Virus record (IMG/VR): IMGVR_UViG_3300027724_000012
Coordinates: 1,124 to 65,123 of that record
Strand: one strand, 5' to 3'
Length of the DNA: 64,000 nt
Origin: a virus
The position numbers and the translations under genes were made by a program. Shown here one piece after another: positions 51,601 through 58,773 of this stretch. The notes below the pieces were generated by a model that ran no database searches, was not told the origin of the DNA, and saw only the letters and a list, made by a program, of their open reading frames with translations. How positions within the stretch are numbered: position 1 is the first letter of the stretch; each line of letters starts with the position of its first letter.

Positions 51601-51966
51601 ATTACAAGTAAATTCTGTATCATCTAAAAATCCACTAAAACCTCTACATATTAACCAGTTATAAAAGAATATCCATTCGATATCTCTTAGTATTGGATTT
51701 ATAACTTTAGAAGCATTCGTTTCTTCATCTTCGTCTTCTATAACACAAAAGTTTATATAATAGTAAAGTGGTCCAGAGATATATCTCCAACCACCTTCTT
51801 TACCATTACTATCTAAACCCCAAAAACCTTCTATTGATCTTTTCTCTTGTTCTTCCCAATAATCTATATAATCCTGTGTTTCTGGATGATGATTAGGATG
51901 ATCTCTTACTATAAAATCCTTTATATTATATAATAAAGGAAATAATCTTACTACTGTGTTCGCCAT
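48631..51966 (-). CDS. terL: Terminase large subunit with intein
   Basis: Walker A TSRRQGKS, Walker B ISIIEEIG, RNase H-like nuclease VVYDP...EYIGR...METN...SDHVSS; interrupted by an intein. Confidence 0.9.
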   Translation of the reverse strand: MANTVVRLFPLLYNIKDFIVRDHPNHHPETQDYIDYWEEQEKRSIEGFWGLDSNGKEGGWRYISGPLYYYINFCVIEDEDEETNASKVINPILRDIEWIFFYNWLICRGFSGFLDDTEFTCNTLVKKLESGELLTTKDKLRLQVAKNITKPDGTYKKYKEPRDILYATYDKPLGKPLYGNVAKNMMGLTSRRQGKSFWLMGIISHTFNFHGAVYFDSNYFNIIKGPEIVVGSVLGKSADMLKKFSFNQEYQKNNYGAYGENDAFIPGWFYQNTQGSLTVSNSKSPYRNEYDYVEGGIWKKGGKGTKIIHVTYQDNPEASVGTGPIISIIEEIGLVANLLDVHKCYAEGTKIRMYDTTLKNVEDIVKNDLVMGSDGTVRTVNNIYSGIDQLYTIKQRGSISYTVNSKHDIIYYQRINYPSDGFRVSTAEDIYNFSKTRKKGLYGLKSNLIKFSKKELLLDPYYLGLFIGDGIARGGAIVADINENTVEMIQWIKDYFNSLGLTTTTSGSKKTPTFYPSINNTDSKKNYIKRYLRHYNILNKKEIPEDYLKSSEEDRLKLLAGIIDTDGTYCNRKSGRNFVIYVGGRDKLVDQIKFLSNSLGFKTSVCDIVRYKKHHLLGKHITISGDIHRIPTKTKHKQAEVNTHQCTFMQGLKIEKDKIGKYYGFELKEDPYFLGEDNTILSNSNETTFIRKNKFGSALYVGTAGNIERILEPKIIFEDPATYDMLEFPDLWENRKKPIGFFLPAYYTDNSFRDENGNQDIEAAYEEEMYQRKIKANADNSLALDGYMMARPLVPSEMFLSATANVFPTAMLRDRLTEVEVKKIYESISYRGVLEWKDNKQGVRLVPDINNKLKPILQTNLDQYKGNIKGCISFYESPEEDIPDPTRKVSLYKVVYDPIKDDGTGTSLASILVYKGVSDNDWALGASDDVVAEYIGRTDLVEDMHEICVKLALYYNAKIMVETNIPDFIRYCKREGRINLLQAKPMDAISRAVKNPGKKYDVGIDMTSPALHEHAEQLIRQWLLTPWKTNKEGVQYLNLHKLKSPRLLLELIQYSRDVNSDHVSSLKLLMLWLSQEKQIPVEKASTAAKETLNSFYNQLKSKQTTNPYYNY
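49918..50937 (-). mobile_element. Intein with LAGLIDADG homing endonuclease in TerL (340 aa)
   Basis: VHK|CYAEGTKIRMYD...TVNSKH...YLGLFIGDG...LAGIIDTDG...YYGFEL...NTILSN|SNE. Confidence 0.9.
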
Positions 51967-51972
51967 TTTGTT

Positions 51973-52275
51973 TTACTCTTTCTTTCTAATTATATCTAGA
52001 AAACCATCTAACTGTTCATATCTTATATGACCAACAGCTACTAAGTCTTCTACATTATCTTCGAATAACGATAAACCTAATATAGGTAATGATCGTAATC
52101 CTTTTGTTCTTGCTTCTTTTAATATTTGATCTTCTGTAGATCCTGGAATTATATTATGATCTACATCTATATATTTATATTCGAAATCTTTTGTTTCTAA
52201 TTTATCTATTTTAGATTTTAATACTTGACACGGCATACATTGCTGTCGCGATAACTGATATAATATTATACTCAT
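51973..52275 (-). CDS. Thioredoxin/glutaredoxin-like protein
   Basis: CMPC active site, YKYIDVD, cis-Pro motif RSLP. Confidence 0.8.
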   Translation of the reverse strand: MSIILYQLSRQQCMPCQVLKSKIDKLETKDFEYKYIDVDHNIIPGSTEDQILKEARTKGLRSLPILGLSLFEDNVEDLVAVGHIRYEQLDGFLDIIRKKE

Positions 52276-52802
52276 TTTTTTCTTTTTTCTCGTATTGATT
52301 GTTGAGCGTTACCTCTTAAATTAGTTTTAGATTTAGCTTCTATCATTTTTTCTTTTACAGATTCTAATGCTTTCCACATTTTATCTAACTTATCCATAAT
52401 CTTCATATACTGATCAAAATCTTTATCACTATCTGATAAATTTAATCCATCTAAGTGAGCAGTTAATTCTTCAAACTTTCTCACATGTATTCTAAATAAA
52501 CCTTCTTCTTTTGTAAGTACATATTTAGAAAAATCAGATACAAGAGTTTTATAATCTTCTGATGTAACATCTATATTATAATAAGATTTTTGTACTTCTT
52601 TTACTCTTTCATCAAAACCTATTATTCTAGCTAATGGATTTTCTTCAGCATCTACTTCTTCTATCATATACATAGCCCAACAAGTTTTAGATGCTACATC
52701 TTGTTTGTTCTTCTTATATAGCTGAGCAAACATACCTATTTGTGATATAATAGGATTTTGATCTTTAAAATCTAAACTAGGATTACCCTTTATTGCTGAC
52801 AT
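52272..52802 (-). CDS. Possible terminase small subunit / conserved helical protein
   Basis: 176 aa helical protein close upstream of TerL, ending NLRG...RE. Confidence 0.4.
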   Translation of the reverse strand: MSAIKGNPSLDFKDQNPIISQIGMFAQLYKKNKQDVASKTCWAMYMIEEVDAEENPLARIIGFDERVKEVQKSYYNIDVTSEDYKTLVSDFSKYVLTKEEGLFRIHVRKFEELTAHLDGLNLSDSDKDFDQYMKIMDKLDKMWKALESVKEKMIEAKSKTNLRGNAQQSIREKRKK

Positions 52803-52920
52803 TTTCTATATCTTTTTTACTTTCTACATATTTTTTAAAATCTTCTTGAGATTTTATATATCTTTCTAATTTTGCTATTGTTTCTGGATTAGTTACTACT
52901 ACTGTTTTTATTTTATCCAT
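52783..52920 (-). CDS. Small hypothetical protein, 45 aa (MDKIKTVVVTNPETIAKLERY...)
   Basis: Read by hand; fills the gap between neighbouring genes. Confidence 0.55.
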   Translation of the reverse strand: MDKIKTVVVTNPETIAKLERYIKSQEDFKKYVESKKDIENVSNKG

Positions 52921-52923
52921 AAT

Positions 52924-53160
52924 TTATACAGTTGCTGCTTTAACCGCATACATCGCAGCTGTTTCATAATATGTAAGTGCTAATACTTTTAACCGCAACC
53001 ACTCTTTAACTGTTTCATCGTCCCATTTAGGATTACTTGCTGCTTTATCTACAAGATCTATAAGATCTGCTGATCGTAATTTAATAGCATCTACATAATC
53101 TTTCTCAGATCCTGCTGGATTGAAATCTACTCTTACTCTTCTTTCTCCTAATGTTTTCAT
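52924..53160 (-). CDS. Acb2/Tad1-like helical-hairpin protein (putative cyclic-nucleotide sponge)
   Basis: TLGERRVRVDFNP...IKLRSADLID...LALTYYETAAMYAVKAAT resembles the Acb2/Tad1 C-terminal helix (LAxTxxEEAxMWAxKA). Confidence 0.55.
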   Translation of the reverse strand: MKTLGERRVRVDFNPAGSEKDYVDAIKLRSADLIDLVDKAASNPKWDDETVKEWLRLKVLALTYYETAAMYAVKAATV

Positions 53161-53174
53161 TATTATATTTGTTT

Positions 53175-53456
53175 TTATTTGTTGTTTATTTTTATTACTG
53201 CATATAAAGAATTACTATCTGGTATAACAGTAAATATCGTTTCTTCACTAGATATATCCATATTAACTAATTCTTTAATTATATTTTTATCTATATTAGA
53301 TATATATAAACCTATAAATTCTTTGTTTTCTATATTAGTTTTAGAAAATTTAACATCCATTTTGCTTATTTTATTTTTCCAAAAATTTTCTATCTCGTCT
53401 TCAAACTTTTTCATATTATCGAAATATTCTTCTAAAGCTTTTTCTATTTTATCCAT
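53175..53456 (-). CDS. Hypothetical protein
   Basis: 93 aa; N-terminal helix ALEEYFDNMKKFEDEIENFW resembles that of 62802..63089. Confidence 0.5.
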   Translation of the reverse strand: MDKIEKALEEYFDNMKKFEDEIENFWKNKISKMDVKFSKTNIENKEFIGLYISNIDKNIIKELVNMDISSEETIFTVIPDSNSLYAVIKINNK

Positions 53457-53809
53457 TCTTCATCTTTATAATCTGTTAAACCACATAATTCGTTATTATA
53501 ATTTAAAGTTATTTCTTCTCCTACTTTTATACTTCTTAAAGTTTCTAATTTATAATAAGATCTTTTTCTATTATTGTTACTATATTCTAATACCATTACT
53601 AAAATACAGTTAGGATATTTACTATGATTTATAAAACCTCCAAAATTTAATCTTTGCAATTCTTTAGCTAAATTTTTTTCATCTATAATTAAATGAGAAT
53701 AACAACTTATAATAGTTTTTATATCTATATCTTCTGTAGCAAATACACCTAAACCATGTATAGGACTTTCTTTTATTGTTAAATTATCTGGTAGTGGTTT
53801 ATAACTCAT
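53444..53809 (-). CDS. SET-domain protein (putative methyltransferase)
   Basis: IKESPIHGLGVFATEDI...FINHSKYPNC...IKVGEEITLNY. Confidence 0.85.
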   Translation of the reverse strand: MSYKPLPDNLTIKESPIHGLGVFATEDIDIKTIISCYSHLIIDEKNLAKELQRLNFGGFINHSKYPNCILVMVLEYSNNNRKRSYYKLETLRSIKVGEEITLNYNNELCGLTDYKDEEWIK

Positions 53810-54299
53810 ATTCTTTTATATTTGAAAACAACTTTAATATATCTTCTCTACTAAATAATAAATCTTCACCTTTAATAAATTTTGCTACATCTGTATCTGA
53901 TACTCCTAATTCTGCTAATCTAGATGCCCATAATAATGTATCCTTATATATTTGTTTAATATATATGTCATATTCTGGTAAACTAGTAGATACAGAAACA
54001 GCCATTTTATGAGCAACTGATAATCTAAAAGATGGTAACATATATATTTCAAAATCTTTTAAATACCATAATAAATCAAAACCAGACGAATTCATAGAAT
54101 CTAGTAAAAATATTTTTATTTTACTTTTATATTTTACTAGTTTATTTATTAATATAGAAACATAACATGGATGTCCACCAGCAGTTGATAGATATACATC
54201 TAATATTTCTTTTTTATCTAACTCTTTTATTTTAGATTCTAACTCGTTTGAAAACTCTTTTATAGAATCTTTATCTATACGATCATCGAATAATATCAT
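53799..54299 (-). CDS. ClpP-like (S14/crotonase fold) protease
   Basis: VYLSTAGG, MNSSG and VAHK correspond to ClpP YINSPGG, AASMG and MIHQ. Confidence 0.6.
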   Translation of the reverse strand: MILFDDRIDKDSIKEFSNELESKIKELDKKEILDVYLSTAGGHPCYVSILINKLVKYKSKIKIFLLDSMNSSGFDLLWYLKDFEIYMLPSFRLSVAHKMAVSVSTSLPEYDIYIKQIYKDTLLWASRLAELGVSDTDVAKFIKGEDLLFSREDILKLFSNIKEYEL

Positions 54300-54456
54300 C
54301 TTTCTTCTTTTCTTTTCTTGTTATATCTGTATATGTGTATATTAATAATAATATCATTATACTAACTATATATATTGATGGTTTATTATTACTAGCTATT
54401 ATAGATAATGCTCCAGTTATAAAACCAACTATATATGGAATTATTTTAGTCTTCAT
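54283..54456 (-). CDS. Small two-TM membrane protein, 57 aa
   Basis: Read by hand: MKTKIIPYIVGFITGALSIIAS...IYIVSIMILLLIYTY... Confidence 0.55.
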   Translation of the reverse strand: MKTKIIPYIVGFITGALSIIASNNKPSIYIVSIMILLLIYTYTDITRKEKKKDDIIR

Positions 54457-54634
54457 CTTCTAAAACGGTTATATCACCTAAATATACTAATTCGTGTGAT
54501 TCCATATCAAAGTATCCTATACCTGGTAACATTGGTTTACCATTATCATCTTCTGCTATACCTTCTGGAAAAAATACTATATCGCTATTTGGTGCTATAC
54601 CTTTCGTACTTTCTTTAAACTCTTTTAATGTCAT
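54446..54634 (-). CDS. Hypothetical protein
   Basis: 62 aa, acidic; tightly packed with neighbours. Confidence 0.5.
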   Translation of the reverse strand: MTLKEFKESTKGIAPNSDIVFFPEGIAEDDNGKPMLPGIGYFDMESHELVYLGDITVLEDED

Positions 54635-54655
54635 AATTTATTTTGTTTATAATTG

Positions 54656-54726
54656 AGTAGATAACAGGAGTTGAACCTGTGTAAAAACTTTTGCAGAGTT
54701 CCCTATAGCCGTTCTAGCATATCTAC
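54656..54726 (-). tRNA. tRNA-Cys(GCA)
   Basis: Acceptor GTAGATA/TATCTAC, anticodon arm GAACT-CTGCAAA-AGTTT, T arm ACAGG-TTCAACT-CCTGT, U73 discriminator; CCA not encoded. Confidence 0.85.
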
Positions 54727-54732
54727 ATTTAG

Positions 54733-54804
54733 CGGAGTATAGGAGAATCGAACTCCTAGCACATCATAGACAGTGACGTATATTAACCATTATACGAATA
54801 CTCC
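54733..54804 (-). tRNA. tRNA-Asp(GTC)
   Basis: Acceptor GGAGTAT/ATACTCC, anticodon arm CGTCA-CTGTCTA-TGATG, T arm AGGAG-TTCGATT-CTCCT, G73. Confidence 0.85.
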
Positions 54805-54814
54805 GTGGTAAAAC

Positions 54815-55189
54815 CTATACTATATATTCTTTATATAATTTAAGTGTAATATTCTGTGTTTTCACAACATCAACAGGAATTAAATACATATTATTTTCCA
54901 AATCAAAAGTACAAAAAAAATCTATATCTTCTTTTGTATAACGTATTTTTGATTTCTTTCCAAACGTACTTCTTGTTCTTGCTGTTGAATATGCATTACA
55001 TACATCAGTTTTTCTTTCTAATCTTGATGTTTTACATTGTACTTTATATAAAATTTTTTCTAAATTTTCTATAATTAAATCACATTTAGATCCATCACCA
55101 TATGGTGTAAAAACATTATAACCTAATTCTAGAAACTTTAAAATTGCTTTTGTTTCGGTTATCGCTCCTTTTCTTACTGTATCTTTCAT
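54815..55189 (-). CDS. PD-(D/E)XK homing endonuclease, I-Ssp6803I-like family
   Basis: KGAITE...GYNVFTPYGD..KCDLII...KVQCKT...YTKEDIDFF. Confidence 0.8.
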   Translation of the reverse strand: MKDTVRKGAITETKAILKFLELGYNVFTPYGDGSKCDLIIENLEKILYKVQCKTSRLERKTDVCNAYSTARTRSTFGKKSKIRYTKEDIDFFCTFDLENNMYLIPVDVVKTQNITLKLYKEYIV

Positions 55190-55201
55190 AATTTATATTA
55201 T

Positions 55202-55372
55202 TTAAGCACTACAATTTTCACAAGCTTCATAACTATCTCCTGTTTGTGTTAATCCTAATTCTATCTTTATTTCTAACTCTCTATCTTTTAAATCTAACTT
55301 TTCCATAAAATCGGTAACATTTAATAACTTTGCTTGTATATCTAATAATTCTTCGTATAGTTTATCTTTCAT
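55202..55372 (-). CDS. Micro-protein, 56 aa, coiled coil with C-terminal CENCSA
   Basis: Read by hand: MKDKLYEELLDIQAKLLNV...GDSYEACENCSA. Confidence 0.65.
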   Translation of the reverse strand: MKDKLYEELLDIQAKLLNVTDFMEKLDLKDRELEIKIELGLTQTGDSYEACENCSA

Positions 55373-55383
55373 AGTTTTGTTTT

Positions 55384-55420
55384 AAAAAACAAAGGGAGTT
55401 TGAAGATTTCTCCCTTTGTT
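55384..55420 (-). terminator. Rho-independent terminator
   Basis: 11-bp stem AACAAAGGGAG/CTCCCTTTGTT with U-tract on the minus strand. Confidence 0.7.
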
Positions 55421-55505
55421 AGTTTGGTAGGAAGATTGCGGAGTCTACGCATCTTATTTAATTACTAATTAGCAAGATTATGCTTATAGTAGTAATTAGA
55501 AAGGA

Positions 55506-55880
55506 TTAAAATATTTTTACTTTACCTTTAAATGTTAACTTCACTTTTGATTTGTTAGGATTTGTTTTTTTATCCATACCATCGTGAATAAATAGATCTT
55601 CCTCATCTTCCACAAATACATTCATATATTTACTAAACTCAACTGTTCCAGATGGATAGTGTTTACGTGCTGTACTCATATCTATACTTGCTGCTACGTT
55701 TTCTGTATATACTGCTGTAATAAGGTTACCTTCTACTTTAGCTTGTGCTGTACAACCACATCCTGGTTCTATATGCACAACAGTAGATGGATCACCTTCA
55801 AATTCATAACTAACTACATATTGTTTAGTTGGTTCTAATACTTCTTCAAATACGTAATCTGGTTGTTTAAACGATATCAT
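55506..55880 (-). CDS. DUF1573-like Ig protein
   Basis: VHIEPGCGCT motif and C-terminal LTFKGKV, typical of Bacteroidota DUF1573. Confidence 0.55.
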   Translation of the reverse strand: MISFKQPDYVFEEVLEPTKQYVVSYEFEGDPSTVVHIEPGCGCTAQAKVEGNLITAVYTENVAASIDMSTARKHYPSGTVEFSKYMNVFVEDEEDLFIHDGMDKKTNPNKSKVKLTFKGKVKIF

Positions 55881-56271
55881 CTTTCTTTTCTATTTTTACG
55901 TTAAATACTAATTTATTTTCTTTTAATAATTCATCTAATTCTTCATCTGTTAGAAATACTCCAAACTTACCAGCACTACATGAATCAGTTACACCATTCA
56001 TTCTACCTTCTGTATCGCATCCACAGTGTTTACATTTACCTTCTAATAAACAATCTGTACATTTAGCAACTCTATAAGAGTATTGAAGTAATTCGTTTTT
56101 AGTAAGATAGGTATTGGTTTCTTTAAAGTATTTTAATTGTTTTTTAAGTATCCAAATATAAACAGCTTTCCATCTAACAGGAGAGAAAATATCTTTCCAA
56201 GAATATCCTTGTTTATATCTAAAGTTTAATAAAACTAATAAAACTATAATTACTAAAACTAATAATATCAT
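55867..56271 (-). CDS. Membrane-anchored Cys/Zn-binding protein
   Basis: N-terminal TM; CTDC...CKHCGC...C. Confidence 0.55.
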   Translation of the reverse strand: MILLVLVIIVLLVLLNFRYKQGYSWKDIFSPVRWKAVYIWILKKQLKYFKETNTYLTKNELLQYSYRVAKCTDCLLEGKCKHCGCDTEGRMNGVTDSCSAGKFGVFLTDEELDELLKENKLVFNVKIEKKDDIV

Positions 56272-56741
56272 TTTTTACTTTTACTTTTTTTTATTTTTAT
56301 ATCTTCCTTTTCTACTGTTATATTAGCTGTATCTTCTATTGTTTTTGGTTTGGAAAGTTTGTTGTATAAGTATTCTATATACTGTCTATAGACTTCTGGA
56401 TAATTATACTGTATAACTCTTAAATAAAAACTATCTGCTTTACAATTTATATGTTTTCCTATAACAGGATACTGATAATCGCCACAAGCATTCATATTCT
56501 TATTTTCTCTATTTTTTATAAATTTAGATTTATCAGAGTATAGAACTAACTTTTTATTACAACTAAAATCTTCACCATCCCCACAACCAGAATCTCCCCA
56601 TGCGTTTTCCGGGTTTTCCGGGTTTTTAAATAATCCTTTAAACCATCTATGTTCGAAATACGCTTCGGTTTCTCCTACTATTCTACAAACATATGTATAA
56701 CCATCTTTTACTATTATATCCCCTTCTTCAAACTTACTCAT
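56268..56741 (-). CDS. Hypothetical protein
   Basis: 157-aa ORF, overlapping start and stop with neighbours. Confidence 0.5.
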   Translation of the reverse strand: MSKFEEGDIIVKDGYTYVCRIVGETEAYFEHRWFKGLFKNPENPENAWGDSGCGDGEDFSCNKKLVLYSDKSKFIKNRENKNMNACGDYQYPVIGKHINCKADSFYLRVIQYNYPEVYRQYIEYLYNKLSKPKTIEDTANITVEKEDIKIKKSKSKK

Positions 56742-57409
56742 AACTCATTTATTTTACTTAACAATAAAGAACTTCTTAAACAAAATGTGTGCTGATCATC
56801 TATATTTGTATCGGTAAAAGGATCTTTCTGATACATGTATTGTATCCACTCACTCAATCTACCTACAAATACAGCTGGTTCTGGTACTTCTAGTTTTAAA
56901 CTAGGTTGTTCTCTAACCGCTTTCTGATATGCTAACCACTCTTGTGATTGTACTGTTTTACACATCACAGAAGGTATCATAATAATATCTCCTGGAAACA
57001 AATCAGAATGGTTACTAGCTACTACTTTAGCTACTGGATACACTCTATGATAACCTGCTGTTTCGTTTTCTAAAATAAGAAAATTAGATTTAGGTATTTC
57101 GTTATAGTAAAATACTTTAATGATTACATGATTATCTGCAATAGGTGTATGACCTACATAATCTCTCTCATGTGGAGTATCTAACCACTCATCATATAAT
57201 ACTTTAACATCTGCTTCTCTTTTTAATCTTCTATCTACTTCTGCTTGTATTTCTTCTGGTGTTGGTATTTTAGCTAATTCTTTCATAGATTTTTCTAATG
57301 CGTGTTTATCCATATGATGATTAGTGTTTGTCTGTACACCATTTCTTTTAATCATTTTAGCATCACCTATTGGATTTATACTACCTCCTTTACTTCCTAT
57401 TATTTCCAT
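56738..57409 (-). CDS. GroES-like co-chaperonin domain protein
   Basis: PIADNHVIIKV...FLIL...AKVVAS...GDIIMIP follows the GroES pattern. Confidence 0.5.
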   Translation of the reverse strand: MEIIGSKGGSINPIGDAKMIKRNGVQTNTNHHMDKHALEKSMKELAKIPTPEEIQAEVDRRLKREADVKVLYDEWLDTPHERDYVGHTPIADNHVIIKVFYYNEIPKSNFLILENETAGYHRVYPVAKVVASNHSDLFPGDIIMIPSVMCKTVQSQEWLAYQKAVREQPSLKLEVPEPAVFVGRLSEWIQYMYQKDPFTDTNIDDQHTFCLRSSLLLSKINEL

Positions 57410-57411
57410 TT

Positions 57412-57669
57412 TTAATATTTATATGTTCTTTTTGTTGTAGCATCTCTAAATTCTACTGATGCTGGTTTTGTTTTAATTCTTAATATATCATTTATCTTAT
57501 CTTTTACTTCTTGAATCTCATCTATATTATAGAGAGACTCTCGGATATAACCTCCAGCATGTGTATCTGGTTTTGTTCTACCATCTTGTAAAACTGCTAA
57601 ATAATTTATAAGAATGCTCAAATACATTTCTGTATTCATGTCTTCGATATCTCTTAACTTGTTTATCAT
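57412..57669 (-). CDS. Hypothetical protein
   Basis: 85-aa ORF in operon. Confidence 0.5.
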   Translation of the reverse strand: MINKLRDIEDMNTEMYLSILINYLAVLQDGRTKPDTHAGGYIRESLYNIDEIQEVKDKINDILRIKTKPASVEFRDATTKRTYKY

Positions 57670-57923
57670 TCTTCTTCGTTATATGAGTTTATAAATTTTT
57701 CTAACTTACTTTTTTGCATCTTAGGTACTGGGTATAATTGACCTTTGTACTTAAAATATATATTACCTTTTAAATGTGCTTTCCACGCTTTCTTTAGATA
57801 CGTTTTATTATTAAAATCTGGATTGATTATCTCTCCATCTTCGTTTTTAGAAAACTTCTGTATTGCTAAAGTATCTGTGGATAACGCAAATATCATTGGA
57901 TCTTTATTTCTTTCTTTCTTCAT
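57666..57923 (-). CDS. Hypothetical protein
   Basis: 85-aa basic ORF with KAHLKG..YFKY. Confidence 0.5.
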   Translation of the reverse strand: MKKERNKDPMIFALSTDTLAIQKFSKNEDGEIINPDFNNKTYLKKAWKAHLKGNIYFKYKGQLYPVPKMQKSKLEKFINSYNEEE

Positions 57924-58278
57924 TTATTTTATTATTTACTTCTTTTTCTATATCTATAAACTGTTGTGTATATTCTATACATTCTTCTTTACATAATCTT
58001 TTATACGCTGCTACATATTTTTCTAATCTATAATAATACTCTATTCTACCATTATGCTCTACAGCATATTTATATACGTTTAATATCTTATGTTTTAAAT
58101 ACCCTAAGTTCGGTTTAAATCTACCCCAGTTATGAATCAAAACATTAGGATAATCATCATCACCTAGCAATCTTTTTATTTCTCTAAACACATGATCTAC
58201 AGATGCTATTGTATGTGATTTATTTACTCTATACTTAGAAGACAAATTATTAAATACATCATCAAATTTATCATACAT
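57904..58278 (-). CDS. HU/IHF-like DNA-binding protein
   Basis: Two helices then NVLIHNWGRFKP, like HU V.I.GFG.F. Confidence 0.55.
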   Translation of the reverse strand: MYDKFDDVFNNLSSKYRVNKSHTIASVDHVFREIKRLLGDDDYPNVLIHNWGRFKPNLGYLKHKILNVYKYAVEHNGRIEYYYRLEKYVAAYKRLCKEECIEYTQQFIDIEKEVNNKINEERKK

Positions 58279-58637
58279 TATTTAGATATTTTTAATGTGA
58301 AATTAAACTTCTGTTCTAATGGTATTTTCTTTTTAGAATAATCTAATGCTGATAATAAATTTAATCCATCTACTGTTTGTATTAACCAACCTTTCTTTTT
58401 AAGAATATTTCTATATGTATAAACATCTGTATGTTTAATATCCATTATCTTACATATTGCTCTAACCATTTCTGTACTCTCTAAAGAGTAACCTTCGTTA
58501 GATAAAACAATACTATTAACTAAAAACTCTTTTTCTTTCGGTCTTAAATAAAACTTAGCAGGAAGTTTTAGTAATAGTGTAAGATCTATTAACGTTGTTA
58601 AAAATTGCTGCTTAGATTCTAATTTTATTATATTCAT
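58278..58637 (-). CDS. Putative winged-helix DNA-binding protein
   Basis: LRPKEKEFL...ICKIMDI...YRNILKKKGWL. Confidence 0.5.
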   Translation of the reverse strand: MNIIKLESKQQFLTTLIDLTLLLKLPAKFYLRPKEKEFLVNSIVLSNEGYSLESTEMVRAICKIMDIKHTDVYTYRNILKKKGWLIQTVDGLNLLSALDYSKKKIPLEQKFNFTLKISK

Positions 58638-58654
58638 TTCTTACTTTTCTGGTG

Positions 58655-58662
58655 CAAAGGTA
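58655..58662 (-). promoter_or_regulatory. Bacteroidota-type -7 promoter element TACCTTTG
   Basis: 17 nt upstream of the ATG at 58637 in the divergent gap. Confidence 0.65.
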
Positions 58663-58749
58663 ATACAAATATATTTTATATTTAGCACTGTTAATTATAT
58701 CTATATTAAAAACTTAGATTATATTACCAGATATATAAAAATATATTAG

Positions 58750-58757
58750 TATATTTG
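58750..58757 (+). promoter_or_regulatory. Bacteroidota-type -7 promoter element TATATTTG
   Basis: 16 nt upstream of the ATG at 58774. Confidence 0.65.
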
Positions 58758-58773
58758 CACAAAATATAAAATA

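Noticed and set aside
54656..54804. tRNAs as a prophage attachment site
   Set aside because: Phage genes continue on both sides, and no integrase or host genes are present.
188..58000. Numerous short plus-strand ORFs in the track (e.g. 188..538, 2396..2668, 29321..29635, 53179..53613)
   Set aside because: They are antisense shadows of well-supported minus-strand genes.
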